NCBI GenBank assembly: GCA_964016885.1 | Contig: OZ024747.1 | Span: 19,654,001-19,718,000, forward strand | Length of the DNA stretch: 64,000 nt | Origin: Eledone cirrhosa | Taxonomy: Eukaryota | Direction: 5' to 3' | Part shown: positions 12,620-26,477 of the stretch, one piece after another | Numbering within the stretch: the stretch's first letter is position 1 | Layout: every line of letters begins with the position of its first letter | Notes under the pieces: generated by a model | Told to the model about the DNA's origin: nothing | The model's input: only the letters and a program-made list of their open reading frames with translations | Databases searched by the model: none | Translations under genes and position numbers: made by a program

Positions 12620-12960
12620 AAAGACCTTGATCCGTTTCTGTGGGGAACTTTGGACCAGGAGTGGTTGGCCAAATAACTTTGACATCACGATGGGCTCCAG
12701 CGACTCTGTGCAGGACCTGGTTGGGCTCCACCCGCTGAACCAGATAAAAGAAGAAATCCCCTGCTTAGGCGGCGGATTATATCGTGACGATTGTCTCTTC
12801 ACCGTTTTATGACCAAAGTACCACTATGGTGGAGAGAATGAAGAGGCCAATTAGGCATTTCTTTAGGAATCATGGGCTCAGTATAGAATTAGACCCCAAT
12901 AGAAACTTAGTCAACTTCCTAGACACGACCCTAAACCTGAACACCAACCTGCGTACTTCG
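12620..12960 (+). pseudogene. PLE reverse transcriptase core fragment, frameshifted
   Basis: FDITMGS.D..DLVGL...GGLYRDDCL...FFRNHGLSIE...VNFLDTTLNL. Confidence 0.85.
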
Positions 12961-13012
12961 TCGAGTTCTCCAACCTGCATGCTGAGGTGTCGGTAAACAA
13001 CCAACACATACT

Positions 13013-13079
<67 letters not shown>

Positions 13080-13083
<4 letters not shown>

Positions 13084-13633
13084 TTAGTTAAGCAAAACAA
13101 GACCAACAATTTCACAAGGAAGACATTCTTAAAAGATTGTCAACATATTTTATTTTAGTTTGATGTAAGGAATGTAGAGAATAAAAATAATAATATTAAT
13201 AATAATTGTTTCTACTTTAGGCACCAGGCCAGCAATTACCAAGTGCATAACTGGTACTTTATTTTATCGACCCCGTGAGGATGAAAGGCAAAGTCAATCT
13301 CGGCGGGATTTGAACTCAGATCGTAAAGGGACGTAACTATGCTGGAAAGCATGGCGTCCGACCCTCTACCGATACTGCCAATCCACGCCCTATGGCGTTT
13401 ACAATTGTTTCGCTACTCTATATAATATTTCTGGACCAGATGACTATATATAATAATTGATCTGGTTCAGTTGAAAATAATTAACATATTTAAAAGACAG
13501 AGTGGAATATAAATTAAAATAATGAGATAATGTTACATAATATAATGTTCCATATATTGGTTTTTACTATGGTGTCTTGGTTGTATCGGTTGTCAGTCAT
13601 AATCAAGCAGTATTCATCTGTCGAGGCTGCGTT
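13080..13633 (-). mobile_element. Solo pLTR of the 2161-3943 PLE family carrying the same SINE insertion (13202-13391)
   Basis: Reverse complement of about 3560-3943; HHR 5' core deleted; flanked by (TA)n on both sides. Confidence 0.85.
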
Positions 13634-13689
13634 CTATATATATATATATATATATCGAATGTAGAAAAGTAACACACGAGTTGATATAT

Positions 13690-14162
13690 ATAAAAAACAA
13701 ATAGTAGAAAGGAAAAAGATATTTTCTCTAGACAATGTTGAAGAGATAATTTTGGTGAAATTTCAAAACAATTTATTTGTCTAAGTTCCTGGATGTTGAG
13801 TTTTAGGGCACGTTGGAATCCATTGTTGATTATGGATGCTGGGTATTTCCAGCTAATAGGTGAGTTCTGTAATTCTCCTAGTCGTATGTAGCATGTGTAT
13901 TTATAAGATACTATAGTGCAGATCCTTTAGAATAGGTTGTAGAGAATGCTCATTTTGGTGTGTCTAGGGTGGCTTGAGTTGAATGGAAGATACTGTTTGG
14001 AGTCTGTGGGTTTATAGTATATGTTTTTTTTCTATTTTCTTGTTGGGTTTCTTGATAAGGATGTCGAGGAAAGGAAGTTATTCGTGGCTGTATTCCACTG
14101 TAAATTAAATGTTTGTGTTGAGTCCATTTAGAAGTATTTTAAATTCAAAAATTCTTTCTATG

Positions 14163-14165
<3 letters not shown>
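13690..14165 (-). pseudogene. PLE RT C-terminal/thumb fragment from a different PLE clade
   Basis: LPFLDILI...IYYKPTDSKQYLPFNSSHPRHTK..I.YNL..RICTIVS. Confidence 0.8.
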
Positions 14166-14214
<49 letters not shown>

Positions 14215-14379
14215 CAGAACTGTCTTAGAATCTCACACGAATATTCCAAATTATAGTAGCATCATCAAGAATAACGAAAACAAATGCAACAAAAAATTGG
14301 AAGCAGTATCGATGATATGTTTTTTCTTCTCCTTTGCATGAAAAACTATATAAATGATGTACTAATATACGTATATATA

Positions 14380-14411
<32 letters not shown>

Positions 14412-14491
14412 AGCGGTTCTTCGAGCACTGACTGTGAATATCGCTGAATATTAATATCGATGTAATTTTTTATATTTATATTGCCTGGGCA

Positions 14492-14615
14492 TTCCTCTGA
14501 AGAGTTATAAGAGCCCACCTGCAAATAAATATGTTGATTAAATGCAGGCTTCTACATAATTTGGACTTATTCCTCCAACCTTGTTAAAATCTTATAACGA
14601 AACGATCGTATGGAA
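14492..14615 (+). ncRNA. Type I hammerhead with large loop II
   Basis: ttcct CTGAAGA GTTATAAG ... CTTATAAC GAAA CGATCG TA tggaa; one mismatch in helix I. Confidence 0.8.
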
Positions 14616-15326
14616 AGTGAGATTTATTTAATTATGTCTCATATAAAATAATACAGCCGACTTTCCACATAATTGTTTCTACATTTGGCACATTACTGGT
14701 ACTTTATTTTATCGACCCCGTAAGGATGAAAGGCAAAGTTAACCTCGGCGGGATTTGAACTCAGTTCGTAAAGGGACGTAACTATGCTGCAAAGCATGGC
14801 GTCCGACCCTCTACCGATACTGCCAATCCACTAGCACCCCAAACCTATAATTGGGAATATCTTAGGTATTTTCTAATGTTTGTTGAGTGAGATGGGAGTT
14901 GGTCGGAGTATTGCTATTAGCTTTCTCTGTTAATGTATTAAGTATTATACTCTTGGATGGACTGACATGAAAATTCCAGATATTTAGGTATGACTGTCTT
15001 TATTTATTTTTTATAAGAAATATTGATTGATTCTTCCTGTATCTCATGTCCGTTATTTTGCCTGAGAAAATATTTATATGTATACTTAAATAATACGTAC
15101 ATATATTTATTTTTTTTATTATCCAGTTGAGTTCTCAACACGTGGTTTGGATTCCTAACAGGGTTCAATAACCTGCGTGTATATTATTTTATATTTTACG
15201 ATAACCTCCTCTTCCCATTTGGGGACAGTGTGAGAATTTTTTTTGAAGGACTGACTGTGAATATCGCTGAATATTAATATCGATGTAATTTTTTATATTG
15301 ATATTGCCTTCCATATTGATATTGCA

Positions 15327-15450
15327 TTCCACTGAAGAGTTATAAGGGCCCACCTGCAAATAAATCTGTTGATTATATGCAGGCTTCTACATAACTTGGA
15401 CATATTTCTCCCACCTTGTAGAAATCTTATAACGAAACGATCGTATGGAA
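15327..15450 (+). ncRNA. Apparently intact type I hammerhead with 79-nt structured loop II
   Basis: ttcca CTGAAGA GTTATAAG ...79 nt... CTTATAAC GAAA CGATCG TA tggaa. Confidence 0.9.
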
Positions 15451-15634
15451 AGTAAGATTTATTTAATTATGTCTCATATAAAATAATACAGCCGACTTTC
15501 CACATAATACAATATAGTTAGCACCCCAAACGTATAATTGGGAATATACTTAGGTATTTCCTAATGTTTGTTGAGTGAGATGGGAGTTGGTCGAAGTATC
15601 GCTATTAGCTTTCCTTTCTCTGTTAATGTATTAA

Positions 15635-15701
<67 letters not shown>

Positions 15702-15705
<4 letters not shown>

Positions 15706-16480
15706 AAATAAACACATGAACCTACTTAGCTATGTGTGATTACACACTTTACAAATTATGCCCTGTGATTGTTTCATGTGTTTATTTTAAATATATATAT
15801 ATATGTCAATCAATTTCTAGTGATATAAAATACTAGGATCTATTCATTGGAATCTTTGGGCTTATTCTACGGTGGATATAGTGCATGTCTCGGACATAAC
15901 TCCCTTAATTTAATTTAATTTAATTAATTTGGATATATACATGGCTCCTTAATTGTAGAGCTAACTCAGTTGAAAGGACTCGGCTGCTATTTATAGCTGT
16001 CGATCACCCTATTCACGCCACTGAGATGACGATAGCATGTTGTTAGTAGTTTTAGAATTGTAACACGTGCGATGGGTCACTCGCAGATTTGCATTTGATG
16101 TGTAAACACAGATCGTTAAATCTCCCTGGCTGAAGATCCGAGATTTGGCTACTGTGACTTTACGGATTAATGGTGAAATATATTTCTTTAATGAAATATA
16201 TACAAGGAAGATTAATCACTTTTTAAAAGGTAATATTTGAAGCTCTAGTTAAACTTTAAATAGTTACCTACCTAGCTATGTGTGATTGCACACCTTACAA
16301 ATTATCCCCTGTGATTGTTTTATGTTTTTATTTTAAGTATATATATGTCAATCAATTTCTAGTTGAAATAAAATGCTCGGACCTATTCATTGGAATCTTT
16401 GAGCTTATTCTCCGGTGGATATGGCGCATGTCTCGGACATGACTCCCTTAATTTAATTAAATTAAATTAATTTTGGATAT
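15702..16480. repeat. Element with approximately 215-bp direct repeats (15720-15935, 16267-16480) between (TA)n tracts
   Basis: Direct repeat ACCTAC.TAGCTATGTGTGATT...TTGGATATA; degenerate HHR-like cores inside. Confidence 0.75.
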
Positions 16481-16638
16481 ATATATATAAATATAGGAAC
16501 GAGTAGGACCCCGACGGCTGAACTCAAGCCGTTTCGACGGCTAATTCTGGACTCGTTCCTATTACCCACTCTACTACACTAAGTATTGAGTACTTTAGTG
16601 CGTTATGGTCCATCTGGTTCCTTACCACATTTCCTTCG

Positions 16639-16685
<47 letters not shown>

Positions 16686-16700
16686 TATATATACATATAT

Positions 16701-16788
<88 letters not shown>

Positions 16789-17051
16789 TATATATACATA
16801 TATACACATATATATATATATATATATATATTAGTAACATCAGTTATATAGTTTTTCATGCAAAATAGAAGAAAAAACATATCATCGATACTGCTTCCAA
16901 TTTTTTGTTGCATTTGTTTCGGTTATTCTTGATGCTACTATAATCTGGAATATTCGTGTGAGATTCTAAGACAGTTCTGATGTTATTGTCGCCCTCACTA
17001 AGCAGCTTTCATCCACGAAATATTTCATAACCACTCTGTTATCTTTAAAAT

Positions 17052-17089
<38 letters not shown>

Positions 17090-17504
17090 CTCTCATCATC
17101 ATCATCATCATCATCGTCATCAGTTGCATCAGTAGTAACGTAGTCATATGCTTAGCCATTTTCAATAAGTTATTAGATATTTCTACTTGTAGTATGGGAG
17201 ATTAAAAGCAAAGGAACAGGTGAGAATGTTATTTTGAAAATCGTTTTTCTAGTTGCGTTGAAAAACATGAAAAGTTTGGAGGAAATATGTTTGGAATTAG
17301 ATTTATGATATATTATCATATTATAGCTACGGGGAAATATAGACATGCGTAAGTGTCAAACGGATTATTTATATGGAAGTAGACATGTTTAGATATATAT
17401 ATAAATAGATACACTGGCATGAATTCTGTAACATATACACACATCTACACGCACAAATAAAAATATATGTAATATATAATATATATCTTTATTTTATATG
17501 TGAT

Positions 17505-17535
<31 letters not shown>

Positions 17536-17540
17536 ATGTA

Positions 17541-18442
<902 letters not shown>

Positions 18443-18666
18443 GCTACACGAAACAGTTCTTCTCTTGTAGAAGTTATTTCTATATAAAATAAAATAACGA
18501 TATATATTATATTTTATATATCCATGTTATTCTTCACTCCTTTATTATTAATACCCAAAGAACTGCTTACCTAGAACTATATGGAATTGGCCACCCAAAC
18601 AGGACAACTAAGTAAACTTGTTGTTTACTCATAACTTGGATTGCCTTAAACGATACATCGTTAACT

Positions 18667-18706
<40 letters not shown>

Positions 18707-18764
18707 TTTTCAATTTCATCTTTTTTTCTTTATACTTTCACTCATTTTGTAAAAGAAACCTCAC

Positions 18765-18868
<104 letters not shown>

Positions 18869-19000
18869 GTGAGGTTTCTTTTACAAAATGAAAAATAACC
18901 GAGGTGTCCTACACGAGTGAAAGTATAAAGAAAAAAAGATGAAATCGAAAATGCAACTGGAGTCTTATTTAAAAAAAATATATATATATTTATTTGGTTC

Positions 19001-19036
19001 CTTTGCCGGTTTCGCAGTTCTTTTGCTTTTCAAAAG
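19001..19036 (-). ncRNA. Hammerhead with U3-A8 core; cleavage triplet mutated
   Basis: ctt TTGAAAA gca aaagaac tgc GAAA CCGG CA aag. Confidence 0.55.
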
Positions 19037-19054
19037 TAGAGTTAAGATGGAAGG

Positions 19055-19108
<54 letters not shown>

Positions 19109-19157
19109 TATATAGAGTGTTGAAGTTTGCTTGAAGCATTATGGAATAATAAAAAAT

Positions 19158-19499
19158 AATAAAATTGGTCGTTTTGGAAGCCTCAACAATGCAGATAGGT
19201 AAATCTCCGTTTGTGTAGATAACAGAGTGGCCACGTGTTGTCCCTCTCCGACTAAAAACTCCCCCCCCCCGGAAATCTTCCAGTTGATGGATGCGAAATC
19301 CGAAATATAGGGACAATTAAATCACTTCCAAGGTAACTCTATCTCATCTTATTATGTTTACACTCTTTCCTACGTTCCTCTACACTCGATACGTCTCATT
19401 CTACATTTTCTCTTACATCTCTCTCATTACCACCTGATTCTGTTACCTGGAAATTTACCCATCTCCATTGTTGAGGCTTCCAAAACGACCAATTTTATA

Positions 19500-19500
<1 letters not shown>
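19158..19500. repeat. Short element with approximately 50-bp inverted arms between (TA)n tracts
   Basis: AAAATTGGTCGTTTTGGAAGCCTCAACAATG ... CATTGTTGAGGCTTCCAAAACGACCAATTTT. Confidence 0.75.
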
Positions 19501-19536
<36 letters not shown>

Positions 19537-19555
19537 TACACATATATATATATAC

Positions 19556-19628
<73 letters not shown>

Positions 19629-19800
19629 TATATACATATGCATTACAAATTTAACTCACATACTCTTGTACATCTAGACATACATACATAGCTCACCTCA
19701 ATCTAACTCCCTGAATGATAGTTTTATTAAATCGTGTTAGACACCTCCACCTATATTTCTACAACCATAAATGTATCTCTTAAAGTTAAAGTCGATAGCA

Positions 19801-19967
19801 GTCACACAACCTAACTGACACTATCTCACTTCTGAAACCCTGGGAAATACTTTAGCAAGTCACACAACTTAACTGACCCTATCTTGCTTCTGAAAGCAGG
19901 GGAAATGCTTTAGCAAGTCACACAACCTAACTGACCCTATCTCGCTTCTGAAACCCTGTGAAATACA
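19801..19967. repeat. 58-bp minisatellite, about 3 units
   Basis: GTCACACAAC starts at 19801, 19859 and 19917. Confidence 0.9.
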
Positions 19968-20261
19968 TTTTGTAATCACGCGTTTACCCACAAACTCATA
20001 AGTACATATTTTGAATGCAAATTTCTGATCAAATTATTATATACACTTGCTCTTGAATATCCTCAAATAACCAAAATCTCATACATAAGAGAGAATGTAA
20101 GTAAAACAAAACTAGTAATAAACACGATTACGACAAACGAAATTAGTCTGAGAATGAAATAAACCTTCTCCTAAATTTATGGTTTTGTCTCTCCCAAACT
20201 GAAAATATAGACGTTTCATGTCTGAATGATATTGCTGAAAAACTGCCCAAATGTTCAGTAC

Positions 20262-20408
20262 CTGGTCGCTGAAGGAGATACGAAGCAAAATTAAACATAT
20301 TGAGATTCCATTCAAATTCAGAGTCAATTTGAAAAACATCGCCATATATTTTCTTCCAATATTCGTCAAGTGAATCAACAACAATAACAGCCACGAAATC
20401 AAAAAGAC
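20262..20408 (-). CDS. Candidate 147-nt coding exon or pseudo-exon with a Walker-B-like motif
   Basis: tgttgttgcag acceptor, open frame LFDFVAVIVVDSLDEYWKKIYGDVFQIDSEFEWNLNMFNFASYLLQRP, CAG|gtactg donor; phase 1-1. Confidence 0.4.
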
Positions 20409-20652
20409 CTGCAACAACAGCTACAGCAAGAACAACAACAAAAACAAAAGCAACAGGAAGAGCCGCTCCTAAATTTCAGTGCATTAGAAGTCTTAGTGAA
20501 CATCACGGTCATCAGTTCTTCACATTCAAATTCCTATTCCTCCCATTCACTGAATACGTTAAGAAACCGACTACAGCAACCAGCACAATTGTCATCATAA
20601 TCCCCACAGTCTTCTACTGCTACTACTATTAACAATTGTACCGCGCCAACTA

Positions 20653-20745
20653 ATAATTGCTTCTACTTTTGGCACAAGGCCAGCAATTACTCCAGTGCAT
20701 TACTGGTACATTATTTTATCGACCCCGTAAGCATGAAGGGCAAAG
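20653..20745 (-). mobile_element. SINE 3' fragment
   Basis: Matches the SINE consensus. Confidence 0.85.
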
Positions 20746-21029
20746 TGAATCAACAACAATAACAGCCACGAAAGGCGAAGAACGGTGGAAATGTGATTTT
20801 CCTTCACGATCCCTTTACGGCAGACGGAAATATCACATTCTTGAACGAGGAAATACTTTTGACTTTGCTTTTTTCTGCCAGCAGTTGCGACTGCTAGATG
20901 GAATCAGCAATGAAAAGACTAATGGAAACATTCCTTCCTTGGTCTAGGTTTACGATTTTACGAGTTTCATCACACGCGATAAACGAATCGGATGTAGGAT
21001 CTTGTTGATCGTTTAAACACACACATACG

Positions 21030-21219
<190 letters not shown>

Positions 21220-21942
21220 ATATAATCTATATACAGGAGAGGAGTGTTCATAGCCGGAAAAGTTTGTAGCCTTCTTGAAATGTCCACTAAATGTACAATG
21301 AATATAATTTCATCTTTGGAATAGGAAAACATGAAAACATATTATTTATTAGATTGCTTTTGGGATATTTGAGGATATATAATTCGGATTAAAATAAAAT
21401 TACTTAATGTATTTTAAAGATGACTTTGTTTGGATACTTGTGATTAAATTTAAGTGGAATAATTTGATTGAAATTAATATTTTATTACAATCTTTTCAAA
21501 CATTATGAATTTTCGAGATAAATTCACAAAGAAATTAATATATTTATGTACATATTTAATTACAAATGGTGATATTAATGCTTATGAACACTGACTGTTT
21601 GAATTTGTGTAAATATGATATGATGATGGTGTATGATAGGAATCGTTAGTGGAGTTGCTATCATGGTAGGACTTATTCTTTTGATTGTGGACGTGTTGAA
21701 ATAGCGTATATCGAATCGTTGCTATTGATATTAAAATGTTCATATGCCATATATAAAAAATATACTTGTATATTAAAGTGTATATTTATCTAAATGGTCA
21801 CCACAATATTTTATTTAAGATCGTATCTAATGTTTGTTTCATATGTTCTTAAACACACACACGCAGTTACATATCCATACATGTATGTAAGTATATTTAG
21901 TTATCTGTACACGCCACATGCACACATTCATACATACATCAT

Positions 21943-22105
<163 letters not shown>

Positions 22106-22110
22106 CAGTA

Positions 22111-22141
<31 letters not shown>

Positions 22142-22241
22142 ATATATATGTATATACACATATATATCTATGTATATATATATATTTCGTTTCTGAATTT
22201 GTTTAGCAAGATTCTTTATCTGAAATCGTGTGTTGAAACCG

Positions 22242-22607
22242 ATATTGTTATACTTTGGGAGGGTCATGTTGCCAATAAGAAACACACGCACCAGTTGCTT
22301 TCACTTCAATTTATTATATATTTATAAATTTATAAATTTCTGGTTGGTTGGTTGCTTCCACAACCAGATAGTTGTTTATATATAGTCATAGTTCTTTCGT
22401 CACACACTCTGTGACCTCTGTGACTGAAGAGGTCACAGAGTGTGTGACGAAAGAACTATGACTATATATAAACAACTATCTGGTTGTGGAACCAACCAAC
22501 CAACCAGAAATTTATAAATTTATAAATTTATAAATATATAATAAATTGAAGTGAAAGCAACTGGTGCGTGTGTTTCTTATTGGCAACATGACCCCCCCAA
22601 AGTATAA

Positions 22608-22613
<6 letters not shown>
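22242..22613. repeat. Near-perfect palindrome of about 370 bp (pLTR-like arms) with an HHR-like core at its centre (22424-22458)
   Basis: Arms of about 178 bp with 8-nt spacer; CTGAAGA G GTCACA gagtg TGTGAC GAAA; family members at about 6487-6605, 26235-26555 and 58750-58835. Confidence 0.85.
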
Positions 22614-22644
<31 letters not shown>

Positions 22645-23063
22645 AATTAAAATGAAGAATTAGAAATAGGACTATCCATCATCAGTGATCTACTAGCCAT
22701 CATAGGTTTTTCTTCGCATTAAAGCCCAGATACCTCAGGTTAGCGCGAACAATAACTAGAATAAGTTACTGGGATAAAACGAATTGGGTGTAGAAAGAGA
22801 GACAGGTAAACAAACATGAATGGTGGGGCAACGTAAAGAGAGGAAAAATTAGAGAATCAAGTCAATGATATTCTTCATTTTAATTTGTATATCACATTTG
22901 CAACAAGACAGCACGCCAATTTTCATTCCTATATATATATATATATACAAAATTTAGTACAGCATCAACGATGTATGTATGTATGTATGTATGTATGTAT
23001 GTATGTATGTATGTATGTATGTATGTATGTATGTATGTATGTATGTATATGTATGTATGTATG

Positions 23064-23103
<40 letters not shown>

Positions 23104-23912
23104 TACGTATGTGTGTATGTGTGTGCGTGACTTTGGCGTAAGTAAAAGTCTGATTCTATAGACGGTTATACATTGCTTTCTATTAATATTTTGTGTAAAA
23201 ATGCTCACGATTGAACGTAATGCCGTTGACAGCTAAAGTCACAGCACGATAGAAGCAACGAAAGTCTTTGAATTCGGTTGCAAGCCACAAGCTATATGTA
23301 CACCATACATTTCAACATCTATTCTGTTCTAGTTCAAAGGTACGCTGTACATGATTGCATCGAATATACATATTTTGTAGCAATTTGTTGAATACCTAGT
23401 TTTAGCATTAATATGTGGTCAATAATGACATATTCGAAACAACATTCTTCCACTATGACAAAGTTTCACAAGATAAAGGTATATTTTTACTGGAAAAAAC
23501 AGAACAAGATAAACATATATGTATGTATTTATGTATGTATGTTCTTCTGGTTTTAGAATTTCACAATCTTTTTACAAATAGAGAAAGAGAATCGGTTTCT
23601 AACATAGATACAAGACTCTCTCATTGGAATTTACACAACATCAACTAGGTAGATATGTCTGCATGTATGCATGTGTGTGCAGGTATGGATGTTATTGTAT
23701 GGGTGGATGTGGATGTTTTGAGTTGTATGTGTACATGTGTATATGCTTTGTATCTGTACAAGTGTATATTCAGTTATTAGATGCAGAATATTTGGAATGT
23801 TTTACATATTTTTACTGTTCCATTAATGGATTATACTTGTAATTTCCTATGTATGTATGTATGTATGTATGTATGTATGTATGTATGTATGTATGTATGT
23901 ATGTATGTATGT

Positions 23913-24972
23913 CTCTCTTTCTCTTAATTTCGAGTACATTTTTGACTGGCCATCTTCCCGGTGGTAAGATTGTAAAAGAAGAGAAGTTGTCATCCATTGA
24001 ATCTTAAGAATGTTTTCCAAATTTTGAAGGTGCCAGGTATCGCGGCCATTTATAGTCTATGAATTAGGGAGCTGCGTTCTTTGTCCACGAATCCAAGTTC
24101 AGTTATATTTTGGTCCAAGCGGGTTGGTATATAACCTGTAGCTCCAATAATAATGGGTGTGAAACTGAAAGAGTATCTTGGATACTGGATCTGCAAACTC
24201 CCCATCAATGGTCAGTGGATGTCCTCCTTCTCATGTATTTTTTCTGACAATGTTTACATCAGTGTGGGCAGCTGATCTCCACACCAGAACACATTTTCAA
24301 TGTGTGGTCCCAAACAACAATATCAGGCCGGTTGTGCTATAATTTGGTGCCAGTTTTTATTTTCAGGTTCCACCAGTATTCCTTAGAGCCATCTGTCTCA
24401 ATATATTCTTTCTCGTTTGTTGTTAATGTTGTTTTCCGAAGTGCGTTCCAGATGGTTCTAGCTATCCCATCGTGTCTCATGGGGAGGTAGTAGCGAGATA
24501 ACATTCTTTCGCGGCTGGCAACACTGTGGCTTACATTCTCGATCTTTGTTTTACATAGCCTACATTTATTGTCATCTGATGGCCCTCCCCTTTTGTGCAG
24601 CAGATATTTAGTAGGGAGTTCTTGTTCCTGTATTGCATCCCTCAAGGTGTGATGTCATAAACTTGTCGGAATTCTATGCCAGGCTTTTGAGTGGTTTTGA
24701 GTGGTTTTGAGTGGTTTATCCCCTGTCTGTGTTTTACATCTCAAGTATCCATGCACAACTTTTTCTGTAAATTGGTAAATGTTTTCATCTTGTTTGAACA
24801 TTGAATAGGATATTCCGATTTCTCTGGGTGAGAGATTTATATCAGGCTTTATTCCATATCTCTCCTCCAGATCAGTGGCTATTCTAATGATATTTTTTTT
24901 TCATGCTCATAAATCTGGGCAAGATGGTTGCCAACCTTTTTCCTCTGTTGAAGATGTTGCTTCAGTGTTACT
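23913..24972 (-). mobile_element. R4/Dong-like LINE 3' fragment (zinc knuckle plus RLE) flanked by (TATG)n
   Basis: AIQEQELPTKY...KCRLCK..ENVSH..RHD.IA...YWWN...HNRPDIVVWD. Confidence 0.85.
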
Positions 24973-25194
24973 ATCTATGTATGTATCTATGTATGTATGT
25001 TCTGGCTGTATAATTATATAAATGTTCATCAATAGAGAGAGCGTCGCTTTCTAACATAGATACAAGACTCTCTCATTGAGATTTAAACAACATCAAATAT
25101 GTAGATATGTGTACATTTCTGCATGTATGGATGTATATGCTTTGTGCATGTATGGATGTGTATGCTTTGAGTTACAAGTGTGCATGTGCATTCA

Positions 25195-25850
25195 AATCTA
25201 CTACACGACACTATCCTTCCCAATCCCCCTCTATATATCAATTACCACCAAACTATCCCTCTCTCTATATCTATCATACAGCACTCTTTCTCATTCCCTC
25301 TCATTCTATCCATCACTAACAAATTCACCCCCTCTGTATATCTATCAATACCTATCTCTATCAATTCTCTCACTGAATTCATTACCATAAAACTCGCCCC
25401 TCTCTACATCAACCATACAACACACTCTTCCAATCCCCCTCTCTATATTAATTATCACCAAACTCTCACCCTCTCTCTATATACTACATAGGACTCTCTT
25501 CAAACATCCCTCTCTATATCAATAAATATCAATCTCACCCTCTCTATATCAATTACCACCAATCTATCCCCCCCCCTTATCTACTATACAATACTCTCTC
25601 TCATTCCCTCTCACTCTATCCATCACTAAAAAACACTTCCCTATCCATATCTATCAATACTTATCTCTATCAATCTTCTCACTCTATTCATTACCACCAA
25701 ACTCTCTCCCTATCTACATCTACTACATGGAACTCTCTTGTAATCCCCCTCTCTATAGCAATTAACATCAATCTCTCCTCTTCTCTATATCTAGTATACA
25801 AAACATTTTTCCAACCACCTCTCTATATCTATCTCCCCCATTTATCTCTA
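25195..25850. repeat. Degenerate pyrimidine-rich satellite-like array
   Basis: Repeated CCCTCTCTATATC and ATTACCACCAAACTCTC motifs. Confidence 0.75.
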
Positions 25851-25932
25851 CATAACATGTCAATAAATTGTAGCATATATACAAATAGATGTGTGTTTTG
25901 GTTGTATATATATGTTATATATATATGATTCC

Positions 25933-25994
<62 letters not shown>

Positions 25995-26044
25995 TAATAA
26001 AATAACAGGAGGCTGGACTGGTGTAAATCCTTGAAAGGTTTATT

Positions 26045-26102
26045 ATACTAAGATCATTTCAATGACTGGGTTCCGTATGAATCCGGTGATATCATCAGGT
26101 AT
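26045..26102 (-). ncRNA. Degenerate type I hammerhead in a short TA-flanked element (about 25993-26232)
   Basis: atac CTGATGA tatcaccgg...ccagtcatt GAAA tgatct TA gtat; the copy at 61881-61892 preserves the palindrome ATGATCAT. Confidence 0.65.
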
Positions 26103-26286
26103 TCGAAATATAACAAAGGAATATAACAGATAAAATCCATGGGGCTGAAAATCATAGACAAGAGAACGACCGACCATCTAGCATCTTCTACCTCAGTCGG
26201 TCGCCCTCTAGTGGTGAACCAACAAACCTAAATATATATTGTTATACTTGGGGAGGGTGATATGGTTGTAATAATATTGCCTGAAA

Positions 26287-26477
26287 TAATTGTTTCTACT
26301 TTAGGCACAAGGCCAGGAATTACCCAGTACATTACTGGTACTTTATGTGATCGACCCCGTAAGGATGAAAGGCAAAGTTAACCTCGACGGGATTTGAACT
26401 CAGTCCGTAAAGGAACGTAACTATGCTAGAAAGCATGGCGTCTAGCCCTCTACCGATAGTGCCAATTCACCGCCCTT
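26287..26477 (-). mobile_element. SINE with target-site duplication
   Basis: Flanks TGCCTGAAATAAT and TGCCAGAAATAAT. Confidence 0.9.

Larger units (their letters stand above)
14427..15636 (+). mobile_element. Partial-tandem direct repeats (about 14427-14950 and 15250-15636), each with an HHR; first copy interrupted by a SINE (14669-14831, minus)
   Basis: Direct repeat starting ACTGACTGTGAATATCGCTG; bounded by (TA)n. Confidence 0.8.

Noticed and set aside
19801-19967. CRISPR-like appearance of the 58-bp (and 23-bp at 47.6 kb) repeats
   Set aside because: Contiguous tandem units without unique spacers, no cas genes, eukaryotic context
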